From Zygnema circumcarinatum SAG 698-1b (Eukaryota; Plantae; Zygnematophyceae), in contig CM074817.1 in assembly GCA_037447605.1 (NCBI GenBank), positions 1,054,001 to 1,118,000 of the forward strand: a stretch of 64,000 nt of DNA. Direction: 5' to 3'. Positions within the stretch are counted from its first letter, which is position 1, and every line of letters starts with the position of its first letter. Positions 47,624-58,990 of the stretch are shown here, one piece after another. The translations under genes were made by a program, and so were the position numbers. The notes beneath the pieces were generated by a model, which ran no database searches, had not been told where the DNA came from, and saw only the letters and a program-made list of their open reading frames with translations.

Positions 47624-49287
47624 ATTAGGTCTGCCTCTGCAGCATCAAAACTTGTATTGATGATTATGTTTTCTAAGTTAAATAGATGGTTCAAGGAAGC
47701 AAAGCTGAGTAAGCGGTCAATCAATTTATTGGCTACTTAATCAGAGAGAGGTTTGGCAAGGAAGTTTTCTCCACTTTCAGTGACCAGAAAGGAGCCAGTT
47801 CGTCCTTGTTAGACTCCGCTTTCAAACCCCGCAAGGGACGGTTCAATTTCCTAGAAGGCTAGCCAGATTCAGTGGAGAGAGAGAGAGAGAGACGAATCGT
47901 GCAGGACAGATAGCTTTACCTTTCAAAACAAAAGATGCAACAAAATAAGTAAAACATACCACTCCAGTGCATCCGGCAATAAAGTATTTGCTCTCAGTTC
48001 ATATTGACAAGGTTCGACAGGAGAGGAAAGGATTCCACAAATTTCTCCTCGCAGGTAGGTCGGGCCGCGCAGAGAGAGAGGCTTTTGAATATGGAGAGAG
48101 AGGGGGAGTTGGAGAGAGCGAAAGCGAGAGGGAGGCAAAGAGAGTACCAGTAACTTGCGGACAAAGAACAAACGGCGAGTTCAATAGGACTGGGCGACAT
48201 GTGGACGCAGACGGACGGCACGGACTATCCTCCAGTCGGACGAGGACCTCACACGTGTGACCACGCTAATCCGTGACAGTTAGGGTGGGTTCCCATCAGC
48301 CCGTTATTCCGACGTGGCGTCGTAATGGACGACGACCCATAGGTTAAAAGGCATGGAAAGAGGGAAGAGAAGGGAGGGGAGGTGGCGGCTGTAGTGGTGG
48401 CGGCCGTCGCCTCGGTCGCGTCGGTAACCGCGGTGGGCCACAACGGACGCTTCAATTCGTGCACGTGGCAATCGCTGATTGGTAAACGGCGTTTTGATGG
48501 AACTCGTTTCATCTGCAAAACGGCATCCTACGTGGACCGTAACGAGCTCGTTACGAAACGAGCTGATGGAAACCCACCCTTAGCGTGCCAAACAACATTT
48601 CTAATTGTCGCATGGACACGCCACGTGTCCGCGCGAGATTTTCGGACATTGTTCGAAGACCCGCCACGTGTCCGCAAAAAGACAGACTGACTAACTGACT
48701 AACTGGGATGAATGCCTGTTCACTCTCACGATCCCAGGCATGTATTCATCCACACATCATGCATGCATGTATGCCATGCCATGCCATGCCATGGGTGGAT
48801 AGATGCATGGTATGGCCCGGATCCCGCGTGCCGAATTCAAACGCCGCCCTTCAAAAGGCGGGCGAGCAAGACGCACTCTCCGCCTCCGAACTGAAACAGC
48901 AACTGAATTTGAAGCTGTCGGAGCATGGAAGCGATACCACGACACGACTGCAAGTCATGGAGAGGTCACTTTCTATCGGTGTCACATTTTCGTTCCTTGG
49001 ACTGTTCGCCGTGTCTCGTGCATCCCATTTGTTTGTCGCATAGTGAGACGGTTTCCAAAACGAGCATTTCTATGCTACTGACCTCAACTCCGTCCTCTTC
49101 TCATCAGCAAAACAAAGTCCCTCAGTCGAAAATCATGACTGAAGCACATCACATCTCAAAGACCGTACGGATCCAAGGAGCTCGTCCGACGCAAAACGTA
49201 ACTGACCCTCACCATGTAAACCCTAAAGTGCTCGTCAACCTTCCTGCCCACCTGACGTGGGAAGCCACCCTCGTTTCCATCCCTAAC

Positions 49288-50305
49288 CTAACTCCCCACT
49301 TTGAATGCATCCACGTAGAGCCCATAGACGAAGCCAGCCTTCCAATAGTTAGAGAGCTGCAGAACATAGCGCATGAACTGTTGAAACGGTGCCCCCAGAC
49401 CTGCTAGAGGATGCCTCTGACGAGGACATCTCTCTACGCCCAGGGCTTGGAGACGCCACCTTTGCGGAAGCACAAGATCTCACTCACAAAGCTTAAAAAC
49501 AACCCCAAGCAAAGAATGACAAACAGAACAGAAAGACAAGTAATTTAAGAGAAAGCACAACGGCCTAAAACTCTTAACTTTCAGATTGAAGTACAAGCAT
49601 GCAGCAAGAGTCCCTCCCCTGCACCTCTACTCCACTACAAGACTACCACCCTCAAGCTATGAAGCTCCACCAAATTCAGGCAAGCCTCACCTACCGCTTC
49701 TCGCAGTCTACACTCAGGGTTAAGTCTCAAAGTTCTCCCTCTCAACTTATACTTCGCCCAAAGCAACAGCCATGGGCGACTACCAACCCCGCACTAGCAC
49801 ACACTTAGCGCTGGTCTCGCCACGCGTCTGCGCCTGCACGTCTGTCACGTCACGCGCCTTTGTTTCGCGCCTGTCACGTCACACGCCTTTAGTTGCGCGC
49901 CGCGCCACGTCACGCGCCCTTAGTTGCGCGCCGCGCCACGTCACGTCACTGCGCGCCATTTCGAACTCCGTCGCCACACAGCCGGCCGTTTCACATTCGT
50001 TACGGACTCTTGTTCCGACGGCTTCCCGTGACTCGCGCCTCGGGTCACTCATACACACCTCTGGACTCCTAGCTTGATACTAGCTCTACCGCCTAGCTCT
50101 TCTAGACTCCCAGACAAACACATGCACTCACTAACTAAGTACCACTAACAAATGTACACTAACATGAACTTCATGAGAGGCCGATCTCTCCTTATCGGAA
50201 ATTTGTACAACAACGTTCCTTGCAGCTCCAAGATGGCCACTATGAAACCGGCGACCAATACATCCCAGTCGCCTGTTTGACCGATAATGGTCGAGATTGA
50301 GAGAG
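49288..50305 (-). pseudogene. ycf20: 3' fragment of a Ycf20/DUF565 (NPQ6-like) gene, split by a solo LTR
   Basis: Removing the LTR and one TSD restores one frame: ISTIIGQTGDWDVLVAGFIVAILELQGTLLYKFPIRRDRPLMKFMRYVLQLSNYWKAGFVYGLYVDAFKVGS*. This matches the Ycf20 signatures GQTGDWDVLVAG and WKAG..GL.VDAFK.GS as I recall them. No 5' part is visible. Confidence 0.8.
49379..50164 (-). mobile_element. Solo LTR (786 bp, copia-like) with 5-bp TSD TGAAC
   Basis: TG...CA termini (TGTTGAAAC..CACTAACA); identical TGAAC flanks at 49374-49378 and 50165-50169. Confidence 0.9.
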
Positions 50306-50517
50306 AGGAAGAAGCGAGTAAGGAGCCATCCTATGCACCTTCATGTGAAGCAATTGAAGCTCCATTGCGTCGGCGCATCCACCAAACGAAAACAACGAGC
50401 GCTGCTGCCAAAATAAGGCCAACAGAAACTGCTATTGGAACAACAATAGGAACCAGATTTGGACTCGATTTTTCCTCTTCACCTGCATCTGTCACAAAAC
50501 CGACAGCACAGCAATGC

Positions 50518-51406
50518 ATAGGAATTAGAGTGTGGCTGGTCGATAAACCCCACAGTGTGGAGCATTCGTTGAGCATGAACGACTGCACCGCAAGCATCAA
50601 TACGTACTTTCTCAAGCTATGCATCTCCACAGACAATCAGACTCCTTTGTCATTCCTCGAGCTACGCAATTTTCTCTTCGAATAGCAGCAATGTCAAACT
50701 CGCAGGTTATCTTGCCGCTGCAAATGGAGTGTTGATAGGTTGTTGTTGAAGCATGCACGGGATTGGGATGGGTCGAGAAGATTATCGAAAGATAAAACAT
50801 GATATCAGAGCGGCTCATCCTAGTACACTCTGCCCCGGTTTCTGAATGAGCTCGCAGAGTCCACCAAGTAATATGTGCGATGTAGTTCTAGAAGTTCAAG
50901 TATTGAACCTCGTCTATGGATCGCGTTCAGCGTGCTCTTCCAACAGCGGCAGTGTGAGAGATAGAGCCACCACCCCTGCGCCCCTATCCCTAGCCCGCGC
51001 CCCCTTCTCCCTCCCTTCCGTACGAGTGTCCCCCGGCCCGCAGCTCACCGCACAGCGCATATCCCGCGTCGCATGTGCACGTACGCGTGGCGTGCCCGCG
51101 CGTGCCGCGGCCCCCGCACGCTCCCTCGGGCGACCCGCTCTGGCAGAAGGCCGCGCACTTTTTCCGAGGTCTCTGCGAAAGAGCTGCGCCACATCCTGTG
51201 ATATTGCGGTAAATGCAGTTGTTGTATTCCCAGTAGCAAACAGGTAGCCCGTTCCTTGTAATGTTAATTGGTCCGGAGAAGTAGTTGTCTTCGAAATGCA
51301 CAATGAAGTAGGTGGTATTGCTCGCAAGGGATATGGAGCCAGTCAACGTGTTGTTGTATAAGGACCTGATGACAGTAAGGGTGGCGCGTTAAAGAGAGAG
51401 AGAGAG

Positions 51407-51473
<67 letters not shown>

Positions 51474-51486
51474 AAGAGAGAGAGAG

Positions 51487-51545
<59 letters not shown>

Positions 51546-53210
51546 GAACTTCCCCGCAGAACCCGTCCAAGTCATCCTTGTGTCACCGCCTCTGAAAACA
51601 TTAACTTGTGCTCTCTGCAAAGTCTCTGACTCCGTCTTCACGACCCTACGCAACCTTCAGCCTCCAAACGCTGAGCCCTCAATCTCTAAGACCTTCCCTA
51701 CATCCAGTCTACCTGCAATCCCATAAACCCTGAACCCCATAAACCCCCCGAGCTTCTAAGTTCTTTGAACTCATATATGCCCCTAAACGGCTCGAATTGT
51801 AAGGCCTAAAACCTTCAACCCTAAACCCTAAACCCTAAACCTTATTTGTAAACTATAACCACAACACTCCAGAAAATTGAGTCCAATCTCACGCATGCAA
51901 AACTGAGCGTTGTTGTGCGTCAATAAATCCCACGCCGTGACAGAAGTGACCAGCCATGTGGAACAAGAACATGCGAACAACTCTCGTGCAAGCGCGAATC
52001 TAATGCGACAGTTTGAGAGGTACGAATGCTTTTTGCCGAGAACCAAAAAAATTCAAACTGCAAACACAACGTTATCGATGCAGCGGTGCTTACAAGAAGG
52101 AGAGCATGGTGAGCTTAGAGATGAAGCCGGACACTCTCCCCTCCAATTTGTTGTCGCTCAGGTCCCTACAGACACACACCACGACAAAAATCACAACGAA
52201 AAGCTGCTCATGGTCTGCACAGAGGTTCGAACCAAAGCAGGCATGCAACTCCAAGTTCTATGGGCCGAAGAAAAAGAAGGAGCCACGAACATGAACATGA
52301 ACATGCACATGNNNNNNNNNNATAGGAATTAGAGTGTGGCTGGTCGATAAACCCCACAGTGTGGAGCATTCGTTGAGCATGAACGACTGCACCGCAAGCA
52401 TCAATACGTACTTTCTCAAGCTATGCATCTCCACAGACAATCAGACTCCTTTGTCATTCCTCGAGCTACGCAATTTTCTCTTCGAATAGCAGCAATGTCA
52501 AACTCGCAGGTTATCTTGCCGCTGCAAATGGAGTGTTGATAGGTTGTTGTTGAAGCATGCACGGGATTGGGATGGGTCGAGAAGATTATCGAAAGATAAA
52601 ACATGATATCAGAGCGGCTCATCCTAGTACACTCTGCCCCGGTTTCTGAATGAGCTCGCAGAGTCCACCAAGTAATATGTGCGATGTAGTTCTAGAAGTT
52701 CAAGTATTGAACCTCGTCTATGGATCGCGTTCAGCGTGCTCTTCCAACAGCGGCAGTGTGAGAGATAGAGCCACCACCCCTGCGCCCCTATCCCTAGCCC
52801 GCGCCCCCTTCTCCCTCCCTTCCGTACGAGTGTCCCCCGGCCCGCAGCTCACCGCACAGCGCATATCCCGCGTCGCATGTGCACGTACGCGTGGCGTGCC
52901 CGCGCGTGCCGCGGCCCCCGCACGCTCCCTCGGGCGACCCGCTCTGGCAGAAGGCCGCGCACTTTTTCCGAGGTCTCTGCGAAAGAGCTGCGCCACATCC
53001 TGTGATATTGCGGTAAATGCAGTTGTTGTATTCCCAGTAGCAAACAGGTAGCCCGTTCCTTGTAATGTTAATTGGTCCGGAGAAGTAGTTGTCTTCGAAA
53101 TGCACAATGAAGTAGGTGGTATTGCTCGCAAGGGATATGGAGCCAGTCAACGTGTTGTTGTATAAGGACCTGATGACAGTAAGGGTGGCGCGTTAAAGAG
53201 AGAGAGAGAG

Positions 53211-53277
<67 letters not shown>

Positions 53278-53290
53278 AAGAGAGAGAGAG

Positions 53291-53349
<59 letters not shown>

Positions 53350-53889
53350 GAACTTCCCCGCAGAACCCGTCCAAGTCATCCTTGTGTCACCGCCTCTGAA
53401 AACATTAACTTGTGCTCTCTGCAAAGTCTCTGACTCCGTCTTCACGACCCTACGCAACCTTCAGCCTCCAAACGCTGAGCCCTCAATCTCTAAGACCTTC
53501 CCTACATCCAGTCTACCTGCAATCCCATAAACCCTGAACCCCATAAACCCCCCGAGCTTCTAAGTTCTTTGAACTCATATATGCCCCTAAACGGCTCGAA
53601 TTGTAAGGCCTAAAACCTTCAACCCTAAACCCTAAACCCTAAACCTTATTTGTAAACTATAACCACAACACTCCAGAAAATTGAGTCCAATCTCACGCAT
53701 GCAAAACTGAGCGTTGTTGTGCGTCAATAAATCCCACGCCGTGACAGAAGTGACCAGCCATGTGGAACAAGAACATGCGAACAACTCTCGTGCAAGCGCG
53801 AATCTAATGCGACAGTTTGAGAGGTACGAATGCTTTTTGCCGAGAACCAAAAAAATTCAAACTGCAAACACAACGTTATCGATGCAGCG
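50518..53889 (+). repeat. Apparently identical ~1.57-kb direct repeat (50518-52085 and 52322-53889) around the N gap; probable assembly duplication
   Basis: Offset 1804. No differences seen, including microsatellite lengths; the second copy starts exactly at the gap edge. Confidence 0.85.
51816..51841 (+). repeat. Short plant telomere-type/telo-box array (CCCTAAA)x3; duplicate at ~53620-53645
   Basis: AACCCTAAACCCTAAACCCTAAACC is visible. Degenerate versions occur near 38250-38300 and 39000-39050. Confidence 0.6.
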
Positions 53890-54189
53890 AAGCAGCAAGA
53901 AGGAGAGAGCATGGTGAGCTTAGAGATGAAGCCGACACTCTCCCTCCAATTTGTTGTCGCCAGTCCCTACGCTGCATACTACCACCCACAAAAATCACAA
54001 CCAAAAGCCGCCATGGTCCGCATGCAGGTTCGAAACCCAGCGCAGCATTGCAACTCCAAGTTCTATGGGCCGAAGAAAAAGAAGGAGCGATGCAATACAA
54101 ACATGGCGATGCATACGTAATATGCACATGCATTACGCACATGCACATGCATATGAATATGTATATGCATATGCATATGTATTATGAAT

Positions 54190-54607
54190 ATGCACATGCA
54201 TATGAACATGCACATGCATATGAATATGTACATGTACATGCACATGAACATGCACATGCACATGAACATGAACATGAACATGCACATGCACATGCACATG
54301 AACATGAACATGAACATGAACATGCACATGAACATGCACATGCACATGCACATGCACATACACATGAACATGCACATGCACATGCACATGCACATGCACA
54401 TGCACATGCACATGAACATGAACATGCACATGCACATGCACATGCACATGCACATGCACATGCACATGAACATGCACATGCACATGCACATGCACATGCA
54501 CATGAACATGCACATGCACATGCACATGCACATGCACATGCACATGCACATGCACATGAACATGAACATGCACATGCACATGCACATGCACATGAACATG
54601 AACATGG
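54190..54607 (+). repeat. (CACATG/AACATG)n hexamer microsatellite, intronic
   Basis: Directly visible; the His-Ala, Met-His and Cys-Met ORFs are artefacts. Confidence 0.95.
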
Positions 54608-54714
54608 ACCGCATACGCTTGCGTACGCACGAAGGACCTATGATGGATAATGTGACGACTGCCGTCTCTACCACTGGCATTCCTTTGTCAGGCATTGCTA
54701 TCACTTCCATTTCA

Positions 54715-55335
54715 TATTTATGGGGAAAGAGACTTACAAGTTGTCCAGATTCGCAAGGTTGCCGATAGAATCCGGGATTGACCCCGTTAGGGAATTAGAC
54801 CCCAAGTTTCTGCCAAAAATAAAAACAAGGGCATTGAATAAACATGCTGCCACAACTAGCATTTCTATCACTTTCATTTCAGATTTATGGGGAACGAAAC
54901 TTACAACTGTTTCAGATTCGCAAGGTTGCCGATAGAATCCAGGATAGACCCCGTTAGAGAATTAGACCCCAAGTCCCTGCCAAAAATAAAAAAGGGCACT
55001 GAATATACATGCTGCCACAACTAGCATTTCAATCTCTTTCATTTCATCTCAAATTTATGGGGAAATAAACTTACAAGTAGGTCAGATTCGCAAGGTTGCC
55101 GATAGAATCCGGAATAGACCCCGTTAGGCCATTATACCCCGAGTGTCTGCCAAAAATAAAAAAAGGGCACTGAATGAACATGCTGCCACAACTAGCATTT
55201 CAATCTCTTTCATTTCATCTCAGATTTATGGGGAAAGAAACTTAAAACTCTTTCAGATTCGCAAGGTTGCCGATAGAATCCGGGATAGACCCCGTTAGGC
55301 CATTATTCCCCAAGTGTCTGCCAAAAATTTTAAAA
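54715..55335 (-). repeat. Tandem ~170-bp units, each one 72-nt LRR exon plus its intron, 4 copies
   Basis: Exons translate to xLGxNxLTGSIPDSIGNLANLxxL variants; introns share GAAATGCTAGTTGTGGCAGCATG and TTTTTGGCAG. Confidence 0.92.
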
Positions 55336-55773
55336 AAAGGGCTTCACGAGTCTTGGCGATGTTTCCAGCAAAATGCACAACTCGCGTGAAAGAGTGCTCA
55401 AGTGAGTGCGAGGAACGGAGGCGAGCAACTGCAATGCACCACGCAAGTGTGACGTGACATCTGCAACTTCAAGCGTGCGCATGCGCCGGCGCACGCACTG
55501 CAGGTCGCGAGGCCGCTTGGTGGGCCACTGCTTCTACTGATTCAGCACGGCCCAATATCTGAGCCCTCCCTATGAATGTGAACGCGCAAACACGCATGGA
55601 ACGCACCCTTAAGGAATGGAGCCACTCACAAATATCTCAACTCCGTCAGTTTACCGATGGCAGGTGAGATGGTTCCTCCAACTTCAGAATTGAACCAAAA
55701 AGAACTGCATAAGGCAGGTTGGCAGTGAGAGCGTCAGAAGAACAGGGCCGCGGGCAGTGGAAGGACTGCTCCG

Positions 55774-56575
55774 TGTTGGAAACTAGAGCCTGGTCTCTCT
55801 CACTTGCTGCACTCTCAGGCATGCTTGTAATTCAGCGAACACACCCACCCCCAATGCACACACCGGAAGGAGAGAATGAAAGCTGAGAAATGAAACACCG
55901 AGAGATGAAGTAAGAGGAGAAAGCCCCACCGGCTCAAAACTCCTTAAAATAGATAAGAAGGGTTACACACGTAAATTCAGCCTCAAAGGACTCCTAATGC
56001 TTCTGCCCTACACTCCTATCTACCGCCGCCTATACAAAGAAGCTCCTACACTCGCCATTCAAGGAGCCGAGATGCAAGGTTCTAAGGGTAACTAGCACTA
56101 TGCACTAAGCAAACTAAATACTACCGGCCAAGCACCTCCACGTGCTCCAATCAAGGCAAGCCACCGCTGCTCCACCTCCATGTCGCCGAGGTCGCCCGGG
56201 CTTTCTCGGAGCTCGCCGCCGGGAGCTCACAGAGGCCGCCATGGGGAGGGGAGAGCGTCTGCATGTAAACACCTCCTCCGGCCGCCCAACCTTCCGCCGC
56301 CCTTCGCCCAATAACTGCATCTGTTAATTCATAGCCGCCGACCTATCAAGGCCGCCACGCGGTTCGCTACATCACTTATCGACCTTAAGCGGACTTACCG
56401 TGGCGCTGTTTATCGCCCTCCACGCGGTCCTATTCAAAACCCTCGCCGCCTTCTCCCATTCAAGAACAAATTTAGCGACTGTTCAGACTGCGGATCAATC
56501 TACTAAGGACCGCTGAAGACTAGTTGCTGACCGTAAAGTGTACTACGTTGTTCTATACCCCTATTGTACACTACA
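55774..56575 (-). mobile_element. Solo LTR (802 bp, copia-like) with 5-bp TSD CTCCG, in the first intron of the LRR gene
   Basis: TGTTGG...CTACA termini; CTCCG at 55769-55773 and 56576-56580; shares an AAAACTC(C)TTA block with the other LTRs. Confidence 0.85.
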
Positions 56576-56999
56576 CTCCGGGCGTCGCTTTTCAGTCACT
56601 TCCTGAGGAGGCTTCTTCCCACAGACCCTCCTCGCAGCCTCGGGCTGCAGTTCAGCAGCTATGGAAACCGCGGAGCCCTCCAAAATCAACAGCGGTGTTC
56701 AGTCAAAGCGTAGCTCACAGAGAAGCAACGCGCCCGCTTATAAGGTCGCAATTGACCCCAATCCAGTTGCTGCAGTCGGGGTCACTCGCTGTCCAGGGAG
56801 TGAGGTTTTGTACGTCGTTGAATGCCGCTTTGACAGCGAGAAGAGGGTCGCGGGTCCATGTCCTGAGCTGCGGCTTCGCGCGGGGCGGCGGCGGCGGCAA
56901 AGAGGAGGACCGCCGCCGCCGCCGCGAGAGAGAGAGACCGCGCGCGCGCCATCGCGGCCAAGCGCCCGCCGGAGACAGGAGGGGACAGGACGCGCGGTC

Positions 57000-57480
57000 G
57001 GCCAGAAGCGAGGGGAGGGGCGGGAAGGGGCGGGGAGTGGAGGAGAGGGAAGGGAGAGGAGGGAGGGCAAGGGAGGGAGGGGAGGGGGAGGGGGAGGGGG
57101 AAGGGGAGGGGAGGGAGGGGAGGGAGGGGAGGGAGAGGGAGGAGGGAGAGGGAGAGGGAGAGGGGGAGGGGAGAGGGGGAGGGGGAGGGGGAGGGGGAGG
57201 GGGAGGGGGAGGGGGAGGGGGAGGGGGAAGGGGGAGGGGGGATGTGGGAGGGGAGGGGAGAGGGGGAGGGGGGAGGGGGAGGGGGAAGGGGAGGGGAGGG
57301 AGGAGGGAGGGGAGGGGGAGGGGGAGGGGGGAGGGGAGGGGGAGGGGGAGGGGGAGGGGGAGGGGGAGGGGGGAGGGGGAGGGGGAGGGGGGAGGGGAGG
57401 GGGGAGGGGGAGGGGGAGGGGGAGGGGGAGGGGGAGGGGGAGGGGGAGGTGGAGGGGGAGGGGGAGGGGGAGGGGGAGGG
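57000..57480 (+). repeat. (GGGGGA)n tract upstream of the LRR pseudogene start
   Basis: Directly visible. Confidence 0.9.
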
Positions 57481-58347
57481 CTGGGCTAGGCTTGGCTGGG
57501 CTGGGCTGGCCGGCTGGGCTGGGCTGGGCTCGCGGGCGGGGCAGCGGGATGGGCGGATGGAGGGAGGGAGGGGCCTGCTTTATACGATGGCGCCTTCCTT
57601 CGCCACGGCTTCCGGGGGGCCACGCGGCATCGCTGCCCGGCACTTCGTCAACGGGCCATGTCTGTAAAATAATCACCATAAGGAGGAGACTTTGGGACAC
57701 GTGTCGTCCTGAGATTGGTGCATAGGCATCTAGGCATTGAGGGCAGCAACATTTGTCCTTCTAGATCATGCCAGGATGTTTCGTACGACTTTTCGACCCG
57801 GCTGTACTTCTTGCCAGCTGGCTCAATTGGCTAGGAATTTGTCGTGACCCTCTCTCGAATCGAGAGAGGATTAGTTACGACTAGGGATGGCCCGCGTTAT
57901 AAATTCCGAATATATTATATAATTTACAACCGGTTTAAAATTAGTAATATATTACAAAGTAAAACACTTTATTACATATATTATACCCACTCGTTTTGAA
58001 CAATTAACGACCGTACGACCGTACTCATACGGTCGTACGAACGTACCATACCAAAATTAGGTCGTTTTGGCGTTGGCGTTGTAGCACAAGATAAGTGGGG
58101 TTAAGAGGAGACTGCTGAGCTATTTGCAGGTGCTGTACGGCCACTCGCGCGTCCGTGCTGAAACTAATGAAGGGTTGGGTTGGTTCTGTGGGTCTGCCTG
58201 CAGCATAGAGCCAGGATCCGGGAGATTCAGAGGCACGCGCAGCGGAAGACGTAGGGATCCTGAAGATGTTCCCACCGGCGGCTGGACCCGATGCGCAAAG
58301 AGCCCTTCCTTGGGGGCTCTCCTCCCCTGTCCTCTCCNNNNNNNNNN

Positions 58348-58985
58348 ATCGTGCAAACTTAGGGCGTAGGGTAGCCATGATGTGCAGCCAAGTGAGTGGC
58401 ATGTGGTCAGTCCGGATGATAATGGGCTGGTAGGCCGTGAAGAGCTTGAACTTCTCGAGTGCCCAGAGGATAGCCGCGGCCTCACCCTCAGTAGGGCTGT
58501 ACTTGGTCTCGGTTTCTGAACAAACCCTGCTAGCATAACTGACCGGGTGTTCCTCATCCGAGAAGGCTTGACTGGCCACTGCCCCAAAGCCCGTCTGACT
58601 CCAGTCAGCGTCAATGATGGTGGGCAGGGTGGGGTCGAATTGATGCAGACAAGGAGCCTGAAGGAGGGCACTCTTGAGCGCCTGGAAGGCCAAATCCTGC
58701 GCTCGGCTCCATTCGTATTGGACTCCGTGCTTCTCAAGGCATGTAGCAGAGGCGTAGCGATGAGAATAGCCTTGATGAACGGCGATAGAATGAGTGAGGT
58801 CCCAGAAGACTTGTGGTAGTGAGTTACGTAGATACGGCATAAGGTCAATCGCTTCAATCTTGTCGAGTGATGGTTTCAGGCCATTGATGCCGAGGCGGTG
58901 CCCGAGATGAGTGATCTCCTGATGGCCCCATTTGCACTTCTTGGGTGCAATCTTCAAGCGCTTGATGGTACATTGCGGTACTGGT
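58348..58985 (-). mobile_element. Ty3/gypsy pol fragment (RT C-terminus plus RNase H), decayed
   Basis: LKIAPKKCKWG..ITHLGH, AFQALKSALLQAPCL..FDP..IIDADWSQTGFGAV, PVSYASR, YSPTEGEAAAILWAL, IIRTDHMPL. Confidence 0.9.
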
Positions 58986-58990
58986 CAATG

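Larger units (their letters stand above)
50339..56952 (-). pseudogene. LRR-EGF-TM receptor gene without kinase, apparently damaged (paralog of the 41469-47623 ectodomain)
   Basis: Signal peptide from ATG 56952 (MARARSLSLAAAAAVLLFAAAAAP..) is frameshifted near 56850 relative to the LRRNT (DPLLAVK..PWT..DCSNWIGVNCD..GRV, ending 56719). 72-nt LRR exons at 55246-55317 (donor GT changed to TT), 55075-55146, 54905-54976, 54738-54809 and 52094-52165. LRR+EGF exon 51049-51365; TM exon 50339-50482. Lesions could be sequencing errors. Confidence 0.75.

Noticed and set aside
51816-51841. Chromosome end or telomere fusion scar
   Set aside because: Only three units; telo-box-like motifs are common in plant promoters and introns.
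50518-53889. Apparent tandem duplication of the LRR-EGF exon region
   Set aside because: The copies look identical even in microsatellite length and the second begins exactly at a 10-N gap; most likely overlapping contig ends. Read depth would decide.
53830-54768. His-Ala/His-Glu-rich 277-aa ORF suggesting a metal-binding protein
   Set aside because: It is a hexamer microsatellite that is stop-free in most frames and lies in an intron of the opposite-strand gene.
54715-55335. CRISPR-like or satellite repeat
   Set aside because: Fully explained by 72-nt LRR exons with GT-AG introns on the minus strand.
56738-57700. MSQSLLLMV.. as the first exon of the third LRR gene
   Set aside because: No phase-compatible acceptor; a better signal peptide lies directly adjacent to the LRRNT from ATG 56952.
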